A DNA stretch of 64,000 bases, from the NCBI GenBank assembly GCA_965218785.1, contig OZ244650.1:192001-256000 (forward strand), written 5' to 3'. A program made the position numbers and the translations under genes. Shown here one piece after another: positions 1 through 10,419 of the stretch (position 1 is its first letter; each line of letters starts with the position of its first letter). The notes below the pieces were generated by a model. That model was not told the origin of the DNA and did not search any database. It was given only the letters and a program-made list of their open reading frames with translations. Origin of the DNA: Nitrosopumilus sp. (GTDB lineage Archaea; Thermoproteota; Nitrososphaeria; Nitrososphaerales; Nitrosopumilaceae).

Positions 1-126
1 AGAGAGGGCGTCAAACTAGAAGACGGCCTATACCGGGGTCTTATGAGGCGCGGTGCCGGCGATGAACTGGCTGCAGGCTGTGCAAAGAGTCAGATGTTCC
101 ATGATGCATCACAAGCTACAATGTAG
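1..126 (+). mobile_element. Possible degenerate IS5-like (DDE) transposase C-terminal remnant, cut by the window edge
   Basis: GC-richer than neighbours; broken frames read ERASN*KTAY / MRRGAGDELAAGCAKSQM, loosely like the RSxxETxF..KRxxGDxL tail of DDE transposases. Confidence 0.3.
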
Positions 127-174
127 AATCTTTTTTAATCCAATACCTTAAAAAGTCTGCAACTAATTTATTTT

Positions 175-1203
175 GTGAAAATTCTAATTATCTCACCTAG
201 GTTGAAAGGAATCGGTGGAATCGCCCAGCACGTCCGGGATTTAATAAAATTTCTTGAGGAAAACGGTCATGATGTTGATATAATCTCTTCAGAAAACACC
301 CCTATTATTCCCATAAAAAAATTAAGGAATCCCAGTTTTTTAATATCATCTTATTTTAAAGCAAAATTTATGAAAAATTATGATATTGTTCATTCACAAC
401 ATCCAGTTGGCGCACTTGCCATGAAAAATGTTACCGGAAAAAAAGTTCTTACGATTCATGGTGTATACAGCGAACAAATCGGAATATTATATGGAAAAAC
501 CAGTTCAAAATTTTCAAACAAATATGAAAAAAACGCCTGCAAGTGGGCAGATGCCGTAACGGCAATTTCTCAAGATACATTTGAGTATTATAGTAAATTC
601 GTTCCCAATGCATATTTTATTCCAAATGGGATAGACATCAATTCGTTATCTGCTGAAACTGATACAAGATTTGAAAATCAAATAATTTTTGCCGGACGTT
701 TATCAAAAGAGAAGGGCATTCTTACTGTTCTTGAAGCTGCAAAAAACCTTCCAGAAGACATTCATCTGTTGATAATAGGAGATGGACCAGAAAAAGGAAC
801 TGTAAAAGAATCAATTAAAAAAAGTAAAAATATTCATTATCTGGGTTATCAATCCAAAGATAAAACCATCCCGTTAATTCGTGGATCCAAATTATTAGTT
901 CAACCCTCCCTTGCTGAAGGGATCAGTGCGACATTACTTGAGGCCATGGCATGTAAAACTCCCGTAATTGCTACAAATCTGGGAGGAAATAATGAATTGT
1001 TTGAAAATGACAAGACTGGCATTCTCATCGAACCCAATAATTCTGAAGCGTTACTCAAAGAAATATTATTACTATTGAATAATTCTTTAAAACTAGGGCA
1101 AATTGCTGATAATGCGTTTAATCACGTCCAAAAATATGATTGGCAAAATATCGGAAAAAAATATTTGAATTTATATCAAAAATTATTACATTTAGAAACA
1201 TGA
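175..1203 (+). CDS. Glycosyltransferase family 4 (GT-B)
   Basis: GGIAQHV N-terminus, GRLSKEKG, PSLAEGISATLLEAMAC (ExxxxxxxE) motif; GTG start. Confidence 0.92.
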   Translation: MKILIISPRLKGIGGIAQHVRDLIKFLEENGHDVDIISSENTPIIPIKKLRNPSFLISSYFKAKFMKNYDIVHSQHPVGALAMKNVTGKKVLTIHGVYSEQIGILYGKTSSKFSNKYEKNACKWADAVTAISQDTFEYYSKFVPNAYFIPNGIDINSLSAETDTRFENQIIFAGRLSKEKGILTVLEAAKNLPEDIHLLIIGDGPEKGTVKESIKKSKNIHYLGYQSKDKTIPLIRGSKLLVQPSLAEGISATLLEAMACKTPVIATNLGGNNELFENDKTGILIEPNNSEALLKEILLLLNNSLKLGQIADNAFNHVQKYDWQNIGKKYLNLYQKLLHLET

Positions 1204-1364
1204 TATTTTGTGTTTATTTACATTTCTTTAAACTGGGATGTATTATTCTGATTGCTTCTGATGTAGTATCTGATGCCTCCAAAAAACTGATCTGGGCACC
1301 TGAGGCAATTTGATGACTTGCTTGAATCTACAGGCATCTATAATGAAATTTGATAAAGAAATTT

Positions 1365-1737
1365 CTAAAAAGACATTTCTTGAATATCTGGAACTTGATA
1401 TTTCATCCATAGGTTAGAAAGTGACAAAAGAATTATCTGAGAATTGGGAACTATTTCTTCCATTTTTGTAGTAGCTGTAAGTTTTCCATTCTTTATTACT
1501 TGTTCAAAAATTTCTTTATATCTTGGCTCATCCTCTAATGGAAAGTCTTTATTTTTAATTTTATTTACCAATTCTTCATTAATATCAATACCAACTGTTC
1601 TTAGACCTGATTTTGTAAATGATAATGCAGTTGGCAAACCAATTCATCCAATTCCAATAACACAAACAGAGATTTCATTTTTATCAATGATTTTTTTTAT
1701 TTCATCTAGTGCTAATGAATTTTTTTTCTTGATCCAT
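1365..1737 (-). pseudogene. Nucleotide-sugar (UDP-HexNAc) 6-dehydrogenase, truncated pseudogene
   Basis: Reads ISVCVIGIG*IGLPTALSFTKSGLRTVGIDINEELV; in-frame TGA (1644-1646) in the Rossmann motif; ATG at 1737 is out of frame; similarity ends after about 110 codons. Confidence 0.8.
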
Positions 1738-1841
1738 TTTATTTACACTCTGTTTTTGATTTGTAGCATTTATTTCAGTTTATTAATTTGTGCATTTTCA
1801 ATATTCTCAAGGCTTAAACATGCCTAAACATCATAATTTTT

Positions 1842-2765
1842 ATGAAATTTGCTGTTATAGGGGGTGGTGGGTTCATTGGAAGTCATCTAGTAAAATATCT
1901 AGTATCCAAAGAACATGATGTAACTATAATTGATAATATGTTTAGAGGAAGATTATCAAATTTAAAAGATGTTCTAGATAAAGTCAACCTTGTTAAGATA
2001 GACATTTTAGATTATGAAAAATTGAGGAATAACCTTAAAAATATGGATGGAATTTTTCATCAGGCGGCTCTCACTTCAGTACCTGAATCTTATGTAAAAA
2101 AGGATGAATATCAGAAAGTAAATGTTGTTGGAACTGAAAATCTTTTCAAAATTGCCCAAGAATTTAAAATCAGGGTTGTCTATGCAAGTAGCTCCAGTGT
2201 TTATGGTAATACAACCTCTGTTCCGATTTCTGAGAATTTTGAGAAAAATCCAATTAATCCATATGGAATAACAAAACTAGATGGCGAGAAATTAGCAGAA
2301 AAATATCACAAGGCAGGCGTGTCTATTATTGGATTAAGATACTTTAACGTTTATGGAATTGGTCAGACACCTGATTATGCAGGTGTTATCACCAGGTTTT
2401 TTGATGCAATTCATAATGACATGTCTCCGGTAATTTTTGGGGATGGTTCCCAAATCCGGGATTTTATTTCAGTTACGGATGTTGCTGATGCAAATTACAA
2501 GGCAATGACTGGTGAGACAAAATTTGCATTTTTAAACATTGGAACCGGAATTGCCACATCGATTTTTGATTTGGCAAAACTTATGATAAAGTTATCAAAA
2601 AAGAATCTAGAGATTACATTTAAGAGTCTGCCAGATGGTGATGTTGAGAAGAGTCTTGCAAATATGGACTTTACAAAACAAACAATTGGATGGTCATATA
2701 CTACACATCTTGAAGATGGATTGAGAAATTTATTCTTTAAAGATCAAGATTCTAGTAATTTCTGA
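1842..2765 (+). CDS. NAD-dependent epimerase/dehydratase (GalE/WbpP-like)
   Basis: GGGGFIGSH, YASSSSVYG, YGITK, LRYFNVYG, DGSQIRDF. Confidence 0.92.
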   Translation: MKFAVIGGGGFIGSHLVKYLVSKEHDVTIIDNMFRGRLSNLKDVLDKVNLVKIDILDYEKLRNNLKNMDGIFHQAALTSVPESYVKKDEYQKVNVVGTENLFKIAQEFKIRVVYASSSSVYGNTTSVPISENFEKNPINPYGITKLDGEKLAEKYHKAGVSIIGLRYFNVYGIGQTPDYAGVITRFFDAIHNDMSPVIFGDGSQIRDFISVTDVADANYKAMTGETKFAFLNIGTGIATSIFDLAKLMIKLSKKNLEITFKSLPDGDVEKSLANMDFTKQTIGWSYTTHLEDGLRNLFFKDQDSSNF

Positions 2766-3694
2766 TAAAATTCAATATATTTGGGTAACAATGTTTCCCA
2801 GGTTAAATTTTGGATTAAAAAATCAAATCCATTCTGACTAAATTTTTCAGTTATTTCTTTGTTATCTAAGAGCAAGTTTATTTGATTTAGTAATCCTTCT
2901 TCATTTTCTGGATCTATTAATGCCCCATTGATATTATCTTTGATCAACTCTGCAATTCCCCCAACATTGAATGCAATGACAGGAACTTTGAGATAAAACG
3001 CCTCCTTGATTACTTGAGGTATACTCTCCATTCTAGATGGTATAACTAGAATTTGTGATTCTTTTAATATCTTCATGGCTTCTTTCCATTTCAGATCCGT
3101 GCAATATACCACATTTCCATTAATTCTCGGTTCAATTTTTTTGAGAATGTCGATTCCTTTCTCAAAACTATCTCGTCCTATGTATGCTACCTGATTTTCC
3201 TTTTTTACGACATTTGTGATATCTTTGAATTCTTCAACATCTAATGGCCCATATAGAAAGTCAAAATCAACCCCGAGTTTTTCTTTGTAAGCATTTTTTA
3301 CCGTTTGTGAATCTGTAGTGAGTTTGTCTGCCCACTTTAGGACCTTTGACTCTGTAACGGACGCTATTCTTGCTGTGATACCTGAATGTAATGCATTTAC
3401 CTGTTCTGAATATACTCCATGAATTGACAACACTTTCTTTTTTGCATTGATCTTCTTCATTGCAAAAGCTGAAGGAAGGTTAAACGCATGAACAATATCA
3501 TATTTTTCTGTATCTAGTATTGCCTTGATAGAACTTGATATTGCAAAGCTGGGATTCTTTAGTTTTTTTATTGGAAGATGAGGCGCATGCATTAACTTTA
3601 TGTTGTGACCCTGCTCTCGTAATTTTTCTGCAACTCTTAGTGCATGACCTCCAATTCCACCCTCAAATCTTGGCGAAATAAACAAAATTTTCAT
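2744..3694 (-). CDS. Glycosyltransferase family 4
   Basis: MKILFISPRFEGGIGGH, PSRMESIPQVIKEA; ATG at 3694 overlaps the upstream TGA; paralogue of 175..1203. Confidence 0.9.
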   Translation of the reverse strand: MKILFISPRFEGGIGGHALRVAEKLREQGHNIKLMHAPHLPIKKLKNPSFAISSSIKAILDTEKYDIVHAFNLPSAFAMKKINAKKKVLSIHGVYSEQVNALHSGITARIASVTESKVLKWADKLTTDSQTVKNAYKEKLGVDFDFLYGPLDVEEFKDITNVVKKENQVAYIGRDSFEKGIDILKKIEPRINGNVVYCTDLKWKEAMKILKESQILVIPSRMESIPQVIKEAFYLKVPVIAFNVGGIAELIKDNINGALIDPENEEGLLNQINLLLDNKEITEKFSQNGFDFLIQNLTWETLLPKYIEFYQKLLES

Positions 3695-4884
3695 TCTTGC
3701 TTGTATCTCCATCTTTTTTTATAAATTAAATTTTCTAAAATTTTTGTCATAAAATTTAAAAATTTTGATTTGATAAATGAATTTTTTCTATTTACATTAT
3801 TAATTTTTTCATGAATTTCTTCAAACATCTTATCCCATATCATTCCAATTACATTAGGATCAGTTAATCTCTTTACAAACTCTAATTCATCTTCAAGCAA
3901 TTTATTTCTAAATTTTTCATCAGTAACTATTTTATCAATTATGAGTGCTAACTCTTGAGGATCTTTTGAATTAGGTAAAAATTTTGCATTACATTCCTCA
4001 TTATTGATTAAATATGTTTCATTATTATCGTTGTAATTCAATACTGGTGTTCCACATAAAACCGCCTCTCTTTCAATTGACCCATGCCGAAATCTCATTT
4101 GACCCATTACTGCATCTGCCCAAACGTAATAATTTGGAATTTCATCCCACTTGATCATTGGAATAAATTTTATTTTTTCAGGTTTATTTTTTATATATTC
4201 ATCCGCTATTTTATTTTCTTCTGATGTTCTTCTATCAAACCATTCTACTTGAAGTATTTCAAAATCTGATTTAGATAACTCAACGGCTTTCCAGATAACA
4301 TCCATTCCTTTTCCAAGTCCCTGTCTTTGAGGACTCAAAAAAGTAAACTTTTTTCTCTCTTTGTTAATTGGTAAATGTTTTTTAAAAAAAACCTCATCCA
4401 CTGAAATCATATCCATCCTGTATACGCTAGAATGATATTTTTTTAACTGATTTACGAATTTTTTACCCCCATATGTTACACATGATGTTGCTGAATTAAG
4501 AACTTGTTTTAAAAACCACCTTTCAAATTTATTTTTATTATGTATTGGTTCTTTTAAATATGGTGTTCTAGCATTTTTGATGAAAGGCTGTTCTTTTACA
4601 CTCCCTCCAACAAAGAAGAAAACATAGTTTACATTTGCTAAAAAAGCAACTCTTGCACCTTCCCACGAGGAAACAAAACATAAATCATATTTTATTTTTA
4701 TTTCATTGATCTTGTTTACTTGTTCTGAGATTAAATGTGATTTAAAAAATTCAACGTTATCTGTATAAGTAAATTTTGCAGCACCGATTCTTGGAAAATT
4801 TATAATGTCAATTTTAGAATTGGGAACAATTTTACTTAACATATAGGCATTATTTGCAGTATCGCCTATGGCTAAAATCCTCAA
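3691..4884 (-). CDS. Putative GT-B glycosyltransferase
   Basis: KGMDVIWKA, YVWADAVMGQ..GSIEREAVLCGTPV GT-B C-terminal pattern; cluster context. Confidence 0.75.
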   Translation of the reverse strand: MRILAIGDTANNAYMLSKIVPNSKIDIINFPRIGAAKFTYTDNVEFFKSHLISEQVNKINEIKIKYDLCFVSSWEGARVAFLANVNYVFFFVGGSVKEQPFIKNARTPYLKEPIHNKNKFERWFLKQVLNSATSCVTYGGKKFVNQLKKYHSSVYRMDMISVDEVFFKKHLPINKERKKFTFLSPQRQGLGKGMDVIWKAVELSKSDFEILQVEWFDRRTSEENKIADEYIKNKPEKIKFIPMIKWDEIPNYYVWADAVMGQMRFRHGSIEREAVLCGTPVLNYNDNNETYLINNEECNAKFLPNSKDPQELALIIDKIVTDEKFRNKLLEDELEFVKRLTDPNVIGMIWDKMFEEIHEKINNVNRKNSFIKSKFLNFMTKILENLIYKKRWRYKQE

Positions 4885-5036
4885 CCCAATCTATTACTCA
4901 AATTATGATATAAGAGCTTATGCGTATTAACGTAGGCCATTATCTCCTTCTCTGACATTGCCTTTACCGTACAGCAATCCTTCTTCACATATAGTTAATG
5001 TTAAAATATTCTAAAACTATAATTCTTCCTCTAATT

Positions 5037-5180
5037 CTACATTTTCATTAAATCCTCTTCTACTCCCAAGATCTTGATATTTGCTTTTTCTTTAATTTTA
5101 TTCATTTCCAAATTCACATTTACTCTATTTGCTGTTAATTGTAATTTTTTAGAATAGATTGGTTTGATTTTATCCTGGCG
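5037..5180 (-). pseudogene. C-terminal relic of an RmlD/RfbD-like sugar reductase
   Basis: Reads QDKIKPIYSKKLQLTANRVNVNLEMNKIKEKANIKILGVEE, which aligns with QTKINPINSKELKLAVKRVNVNLKNSKILKETGLKIKGIK of intact 29320..30210. Confidence 0.7.
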
Positions 5181-5351
5181 TTCCCTGTAATTTTTGGTTT
5201 GATAAAATTAATCTCAAATATTTGCATGCCACTACATATGATTGATGTCTGTTCACACATTTGAGATATGTAGTCTGGGATCGATTACGTATAAGCACCA
5301 GCATCTGAATCTATAGTCGAACTTATTTAATTCTCTTTATTTAAGATATTA

Positions 5352-5927
5352 TTGAATAAAAAAAATGACCCTGAATTAGAAACACTCCACAAACAACTTT
5401 GGGCATTATATAAGCAATTACGCTCTGAGAAATCCAAACAATGGAAACGAATCCTGCCTTTCCCTGAATTACTTTTTGATAGATGGGAAAAAGCCAAGTT
5501 CCTCAAATCAAAAGATGGTTCTAATGTATATGATTCAAGCTATATTTTTGGTGATGTATCTATAGGAAAAAATTCTTGGATTGGCCCAAATACTATACTA
5601 GATGGCAGTGGTGGCAAACTTCGTATTGGTAGTTTTTGTAGTATTAGCAGTGGTGTTCAAATCTACACTCACAACTCTGTCAAATGGGCATTAACAGGTG
5701 GAAAATCACATTATGAAAAGGATGATGTAAGAATCGGTGATCAGTGCTACATTGGTCCAAACTCGATTATTACAATGGGATGTAAAATTGGAAAGTGTTC
5801 TGTAATTGGAGCACACAGTTTAGTTGATACGAATATTCCTCCAAATTCAATTGCCTTTGGAACTCCTGCAAAAATTGTAGGGCATGTAAAAGTAAATGGA
5901 AAAAATGTTCAATTCAATTATGACTAA
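5352..5927 (+). CDS. Hexapeptide-repeat (left-handed beta-helix) sugar acyltransferase
   Basis: IGKNSWIGPNTILD, IGSFCSISSGVQIYTH, IGDQCYIG, GTPAKIV. Confidence 0.9.
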   Translation: MNKKNDPELETLHKQLWALYKQLRSEKSKQWKRILPFPELLFDRWEKAKFLKSKDGSNVYDSSYIFGDVSIGKNSWIGPNTILDGSGGKLRIGSFCSISSGVQIYTHNSVKWALTGGKSHYEKDDVRIGDQCYIGPNSIITMGCKIGKCSVIGAHSLVDTNIPPNSIAFGTPAKIVGHVKVNGKNVQFNYD

Positions 5928-6004
5928 TACATGAATTATAAAGAAATGATAAATTTTTAATTATAATTTTGCAAATAAAAAAAAATAATTGATAGAATAA
6001 TTGA

Positions 6005-6900
6005 ATGGACAGAATACCCATTTAAAAAATAAACCAAAATTAAAAAATCATTTCCTTGCTTTTAAAAACTCTAAATATGTAAACCCTCAATGATATTCTC
6101 AATTTCACTATTAATATTAAAAACATAAAACAAAAATAAAATATAAAAACCATTTGAAGAAAAATTGATAAAAATTAATTTCATACGTTCTGATAAGGAA
6201 TTTAATGATGCCATTAAACCAATTTATTTAGAAATAATGGATCTACATGAAAATGATCTTAAAATTTTTAACAAAAGATTGGTTCAAGAAATTGATATTT
6301 AAAGCGGTTCATCATCATCAAGATTGTGGATCCACAAACATGGGATTTCACATAATTGATGTTTCTAAAAATATCTTTTCAGTATCAAAGACATTACGAA
6401 ATATAAAAAACAAATTATTCCATCACACGAGCAGATCGAAATTTCTTATCATACAAAAATAAAAGTTTTGATGTTATTGCCAGTACTGCAGTTTTACATC
6501 ATTTGCCAAATACAAATATTTCTTTAAAAAAAATTAAAAATTCAATCATGCATAGTATAGCAAGAAGCATAAGTTTATGAATTATTTTCAGGATTCCAAT
6601 TTTATTATTCATACTTACCTTTGGATAAAATCCACTAATCTCTCTAGTTTTTTGATGATTTTTAGTTCACGAACTTTGTCTTTTCGCTATCTGTTGATTT
6701 TTACAAATGTTTTTGGAATTAATCTTGGGAGAGAGGATATGAGCATTTCAATATGATAAATTTTTGATATCATCCTAAATTCTGTTGTAGATATACTAAA
6801 GACAAAATAAAATCCAGACGTCCAGAATTTAATCTACAAATTAAATATCTTAAAGAACCTGAAAGTGGTCATACATGTATTTATAAAAATAGGGTGTTAA
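6005..6900 (+). pseudogene. Degraded class I SAM-dependent methyltransferase
   Basis: Fragments DCGSTNMGFHIIDVSKN and, from 6461, KSFDVIASTAVLHHLPNTNISLKKIK in broken frames; limits approximate. Confidence 0.6.
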
Positions 6901-6933
6901 GAGATAATTACTTGAACTTTTATACATCAGATA

Positions 6934-8145
6934 TTGAATTCAAAAATTCATAAAACTAACCTCAAAAATATTTTGACCATTAGATACGATCCCTCAAAAA
7001 CTTCCCAACAATTGATTTCAACTAAAAATTTTTTGCCATACGTAAATGATCCTAATGGAGTTAAAACTGAAAAACTTCTTACACAATCAATAAAAAAATT
7101 TTTTGGTTCTGATGACAAACCCATTGCAATTTCATTAAGTGGGGGAATTGATTCCACGTTAGCCTTGGGATTAATAAGAAAAACATTTCCTAATACCAAG
7201 ATTATTGCATTATGTGGTATTTTTGAGGATGGATTTGATGAATCTATTACTGCTAAAAAAATTGCCAAAAAATTTGATGCTGATTTTTATCCTGTTAAAA
7301 TGTCATCAGTATTTACTGACATGCCAGAACTTATTTCAATTACTGGAAAACCAAAATGGAATACATATATCCATTTAATAGCAAAAAACGCGAAAAAATT
7401 CACAAATAATTTTGTTACCGGAGATGGGGCTGATGAAATATTTGGAGGTTACACATTTAGATATTCCAAATTCCTAAATTTATTAAAACCGGATGATACC
7501 TGGCTTACTAAAACAAAAAATTATCTTGAATGTCATAATCGTGATTGGGTGCCTGACCAAAATCAAATGTTTGGTAAATCAATCAAATTTGATTGGGCAG
7601 AAATTTATCCATATTTTAAACCATATTTTAAAAATAATTTACAACCTCTGAATCAACTAATGCTTGCAGATTATAATGGTAAACTTGTTCATGATTTTAT
7701 ACCTATTGGTAATACAATTACGAAACATTATGGACTAAAACCATTTTCTCCATTCCGAAATAACGATGTAATTTCATTTGGTTTAAAATTGCCAATTTCT
7801 CAAAAATTTGACATTGAATCTAAAAAAGGAAAACTTGTTTTAAGAAAAATTTCCAAACGATTAGGAATTGATCACATTGATGATAAAAGAGGATTTTCCC
7901 CCAATCTATTTTTTGATTGGAAAAAAAATGGAAAAAAAATATCCAATTCATACATTATGGATAAAGACAGTAATATTTTCAAACAAAAATTAATTGATTA
8001 TGATTGGGTTTTGAATGCCATAGATAAAGTGGAAAATGACGGTGATATTCGTTATCTCAATAGAATTATATCCATTTTAGCATTAGAAATATGGTATAGA
8101 CTCTTCATCTTGAAGGAAATAAAGCCATCAAAAAAACTGATTTAA
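6934..8145 (+). CDS. Asparagine-synthase-like ATP-dependent amidotransferase (synthetase domain only)
   Basis: PP-loop SLSGGIDS, TGDGADEIFGGY, KRGF; no N-terminal Cys glutaminase domain. Confidence 0.85.
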   Translation: MNSKIHKTNLKNILTIRYDPSKTSQQLISTKNFLPYVNDPNGVKTEKLLTQSIKKFFGSDDKPIAISLSGGIDSTLALGLIRKTFPNTKIIALCGIFEDGFDESITAKKIAKKFDADFYPVKMSSVFTDMPELISITGKPKWNTYIHLIAKNAKKFTNNFVTGDGADEIFGGYTFRYSKFLNLLKPDDTWLTKTKNYLECHNRDWVPDQNQMFGKSIKFDWAEIYPYFKPYFKNNLQPLNQLMLADYNGKLVHDFIPIGNTITKHYGLKPFSPFRNNDVISFGLKLPISQKFDIESKKGKLVLRKISKRLGIDHIDDKRGFSPNLFFDWKKNGKKISNSYIMDKDSNIFKQKLIDYDWVLNAIDKVENDGDIRYLNRIISILALEIWYRLFILKEIKPSKKLI

Positions 8146-8155
8146 TTTTTGCTGC

Positions 8156-9244
8156 CTAATTTATTGTTTGAGAAATAATCTTACAAATTTTTTCCTGATC
8201 TTCATTTGTTAAATCCTTCTGAAGAGGAAGTGTTAATGCATTATAAAATAATTTTTCTGAATTTTCAAGATTGCCAATCCTCTTAAAGTTCTTGTATGCC
8301 GGTTCTAAATGTAATGCATAAGTGCCAATTTGACTTTGAATATTTTCATCAGCTAATGCTTTTCTAATTTTGTCTCTGTTCCCTTTTTTTTCTACATAAC
8401 ATGTATAGGATTGAAACGTTTGTCTAGTTCCATCTCCAACATATGCGGGTTTTATCCCATCTATTTTTGTAATCATTTCTTTGTAAATACCGGCTTTTTC
8501 AATTCTATCCTGAATTATCTTTTCAATTTTTTTCATTTGAACTAGTCCAATTGCACTAAGAATGTTTGATAACTTGTAATTTGTTCCAATTATTTCAAAC
8601 GAACTCCCTTTGGCACCAAAATGTTTGTATGAATGACAATATTCTGCCATCTCATCATCATTGGTAGTAATCATTCCTCCCTCACCTGTTGTAATTACTT
8701 TTCTTGGATGAAAACTAAAACATGAAAAATCTGCAATATTCCCAACAAACTCATTTCCAATTTTTGAACCCAAACTACCAGCTGAATCTTCAAGACATTT
8801 TAGACCCAAATCTTTTGCTTTTTTATACACGTCTAATTCTAGCGGAACTCCCCCCCATGAAACTGGTGAAAATACACTCATTTTATCATCATATCCTTCT
8901 TCTAGAATTTCCCTAGTCATATTCATACTATTGATGTCAACATCTGCAAGAACTGGAATTCCTCCTGCTAAAACCACTGCTTCAGCTGTTGCCGGATAAG
9001 TATAATCAGGAACAAGTACTTCTTGATCTTTAATATCTAGTCCTTCAAGTACTGTATGTAATCCAGTTGTACAAGATGTTACTGCAATTGCATGCTTTAC
9101 TCCTAGATATGATGCAACCTGCTCTTCAAATTCTTTCGTTGTTTTACCTTCTGTAAGAAATTTTGTATCGAAGACTTTTCTAATTTCATCAATTTCCTCA
9201 TCTCCAACATCTGGAATTGCTAAAGGTATCATTTTATTTTCCAA
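8156..9244 (-). CDS. DegT/DnrJ/EryC1/StrS sugar aminotransferase
   Basis: AVTSCTTGLH, EDSAGSLG, FSFHPRKVITTGEGGM (PLP lysine). Confidence 0.95.
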   Translation of the reverse strand: MENKMIPLAIPDVGDEEIDEIRKVFDTKFLTEGKTTKEFEEQVASYLGVKHAIAVTSCTTGLHTVLEGLDIKDQEVLVPDYTYPATAEAVVLAGGIPVLADVDINSMNMTREILEEGYDDKMSVFSPVSWGGVPLELDVYKKAKDLGLKCLEDSAGSLGSKIGNEFVGNIADFSCFSFHPRKVITTGEGGMITTNDDEMAEYCHSYKHFGAKGSSFEIIGTNYKLSNILSAIGLVQMKKIEKIIQDRIEKAGIYKEMITKIDGIKPAYVGDGTRQTFQSYTCYVEKKGNRDKIRKALADENIQSQIGTYALHLEPAYKNFKRIGNLENSEKLFYNALTLPLQKDLTNEDQEKICKIISQTIN

Positions 9245-9488
9245 TCACGTTTGGGATTTTTAATCTACTTTATAAGGTAATGGATAAGCAAGATGTACGA
9301 GGTTACCTGCCCTAAATCCTAGCCATGACCTCCTCTACGATGTTTTTTCCATGTGCCCTACATGTCAGGACACGTCATGATGTTGGATATCATGACTAAT
9401 GGATCACGCTTTTATCTTGTTGATAAAATTGTGAGAATAGGTGGCCTCATACAGCAAGATATTTTAAAAGACTTTTTCATATATTGTT

Positions 9489-10376
9489 ATGAAAATATTG
9501 ATTTTAGGTTCTGAAGGATTTGTGGGACATAATTTAGTCAAAGCTTTATCTAAAAATCATGAAATATTTTGTGCTGATTTAATTTCTAATAGTGACCATA
9601 AAAATTACAAGCAATTTGATATCACTGATTCTTCTAGTGTCGATCAAATTGTTAGAGATGTTGATGTTGTAATTGATCTTGCTGCCCATTCTTTAGTTTC
9701 TTCTCTTGATGGATCTGTACAAAATGCAAAAGTCAATATCATTGGATTACTAAATGTATTAGAATCTTGTAGAAAAAATGACATCAAAAAAATTATTTTT
9801 ACTTCAGCATCTTCTATGATTGGTGCTCCTAATTCTGAACAAGTTTCTGAAGATCATCCCGCATTTCCTAAAACTGCATACGGAATAACAAAACTTGCAT
9901 CTGAACACTATCTGAGATTATATAATGAATTGTATGGAGTAAATTTTGTAGTTTTTAGATTTTTTAATATTTATGGACCATATCAAAAAAACGGTCTAAT
10001 TCCAACTCTCTATAACAGAATAAAAAATGGTGAATCTTTAATGGTGTTTGGGAAAGGCGATCAGATTAGAGATTATGTGTTTATTGAAGATATAGTGCAC
10101 TTTTTTGAAGAAGCGGTTTCATCAGATATTGGTAATAATCAAATTTTTAACATGGGTACCGGAAAAGGCTCTACAATCTCCGATATTATTGAAATTCTAT
10201 CTAAAACTCTTCAAATTTCCCCAACTATTGAAAATAAATCTGAAAGACCTGGAGAAATTGGAAATTTTGTAAGTGATACCACCAAATTAAATTCTGTTTT
10301 CGGAAAAATCCCCTCAACATCTGTTGCCATTGGTATTCAAAAAACTGCTGAATGGTTAAAACAGCGTAAAAATTAA
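9489..10376 (+). CDS. NAD-dependent epimerase/dehydratase
   Basis: GSEGFVG, YGITK, FRFFNIYGP, GDQIRDYV. Confidence 0.9.
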   Translation: MKILILGSEGFVGHNLVKALSKNHEIFCADLISNSDHKNYKQFDITDSSSVDQIVRDVDVVIDLAAHSLVSSLDGSVQNAKVNIIGLLNVLESCRKNDIKKIIFTSASSMIGAPNSEQVSEDHPAFPKTAYGITKLASEHYLRLYNELYGVNFVVFRFFNIYGPYQKNGLIPTLYNRIKNGESLMVFGKGDQIRDYVFIEDIVHFFEEAVSSDIGNNQIFNMGTGKGSTISDIIEILSKTLQISPTIENKSERPGEIGNFVSDTTKLNSVFGKIPSTSVAIGIQKTAEWLKQRKN

Positions 10377-10419
10377 ATCATTACCTTAAATTACTAGTTT
10401 CAAAAACTTCATTATTAGA

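Noticed and set aside
1644-1646. In-frame TGA as selenocysteine or readthrough
   Set aside because: It falls at a non-Cys position of the Rossmann motif, and the gene has a second frame break and is truncated
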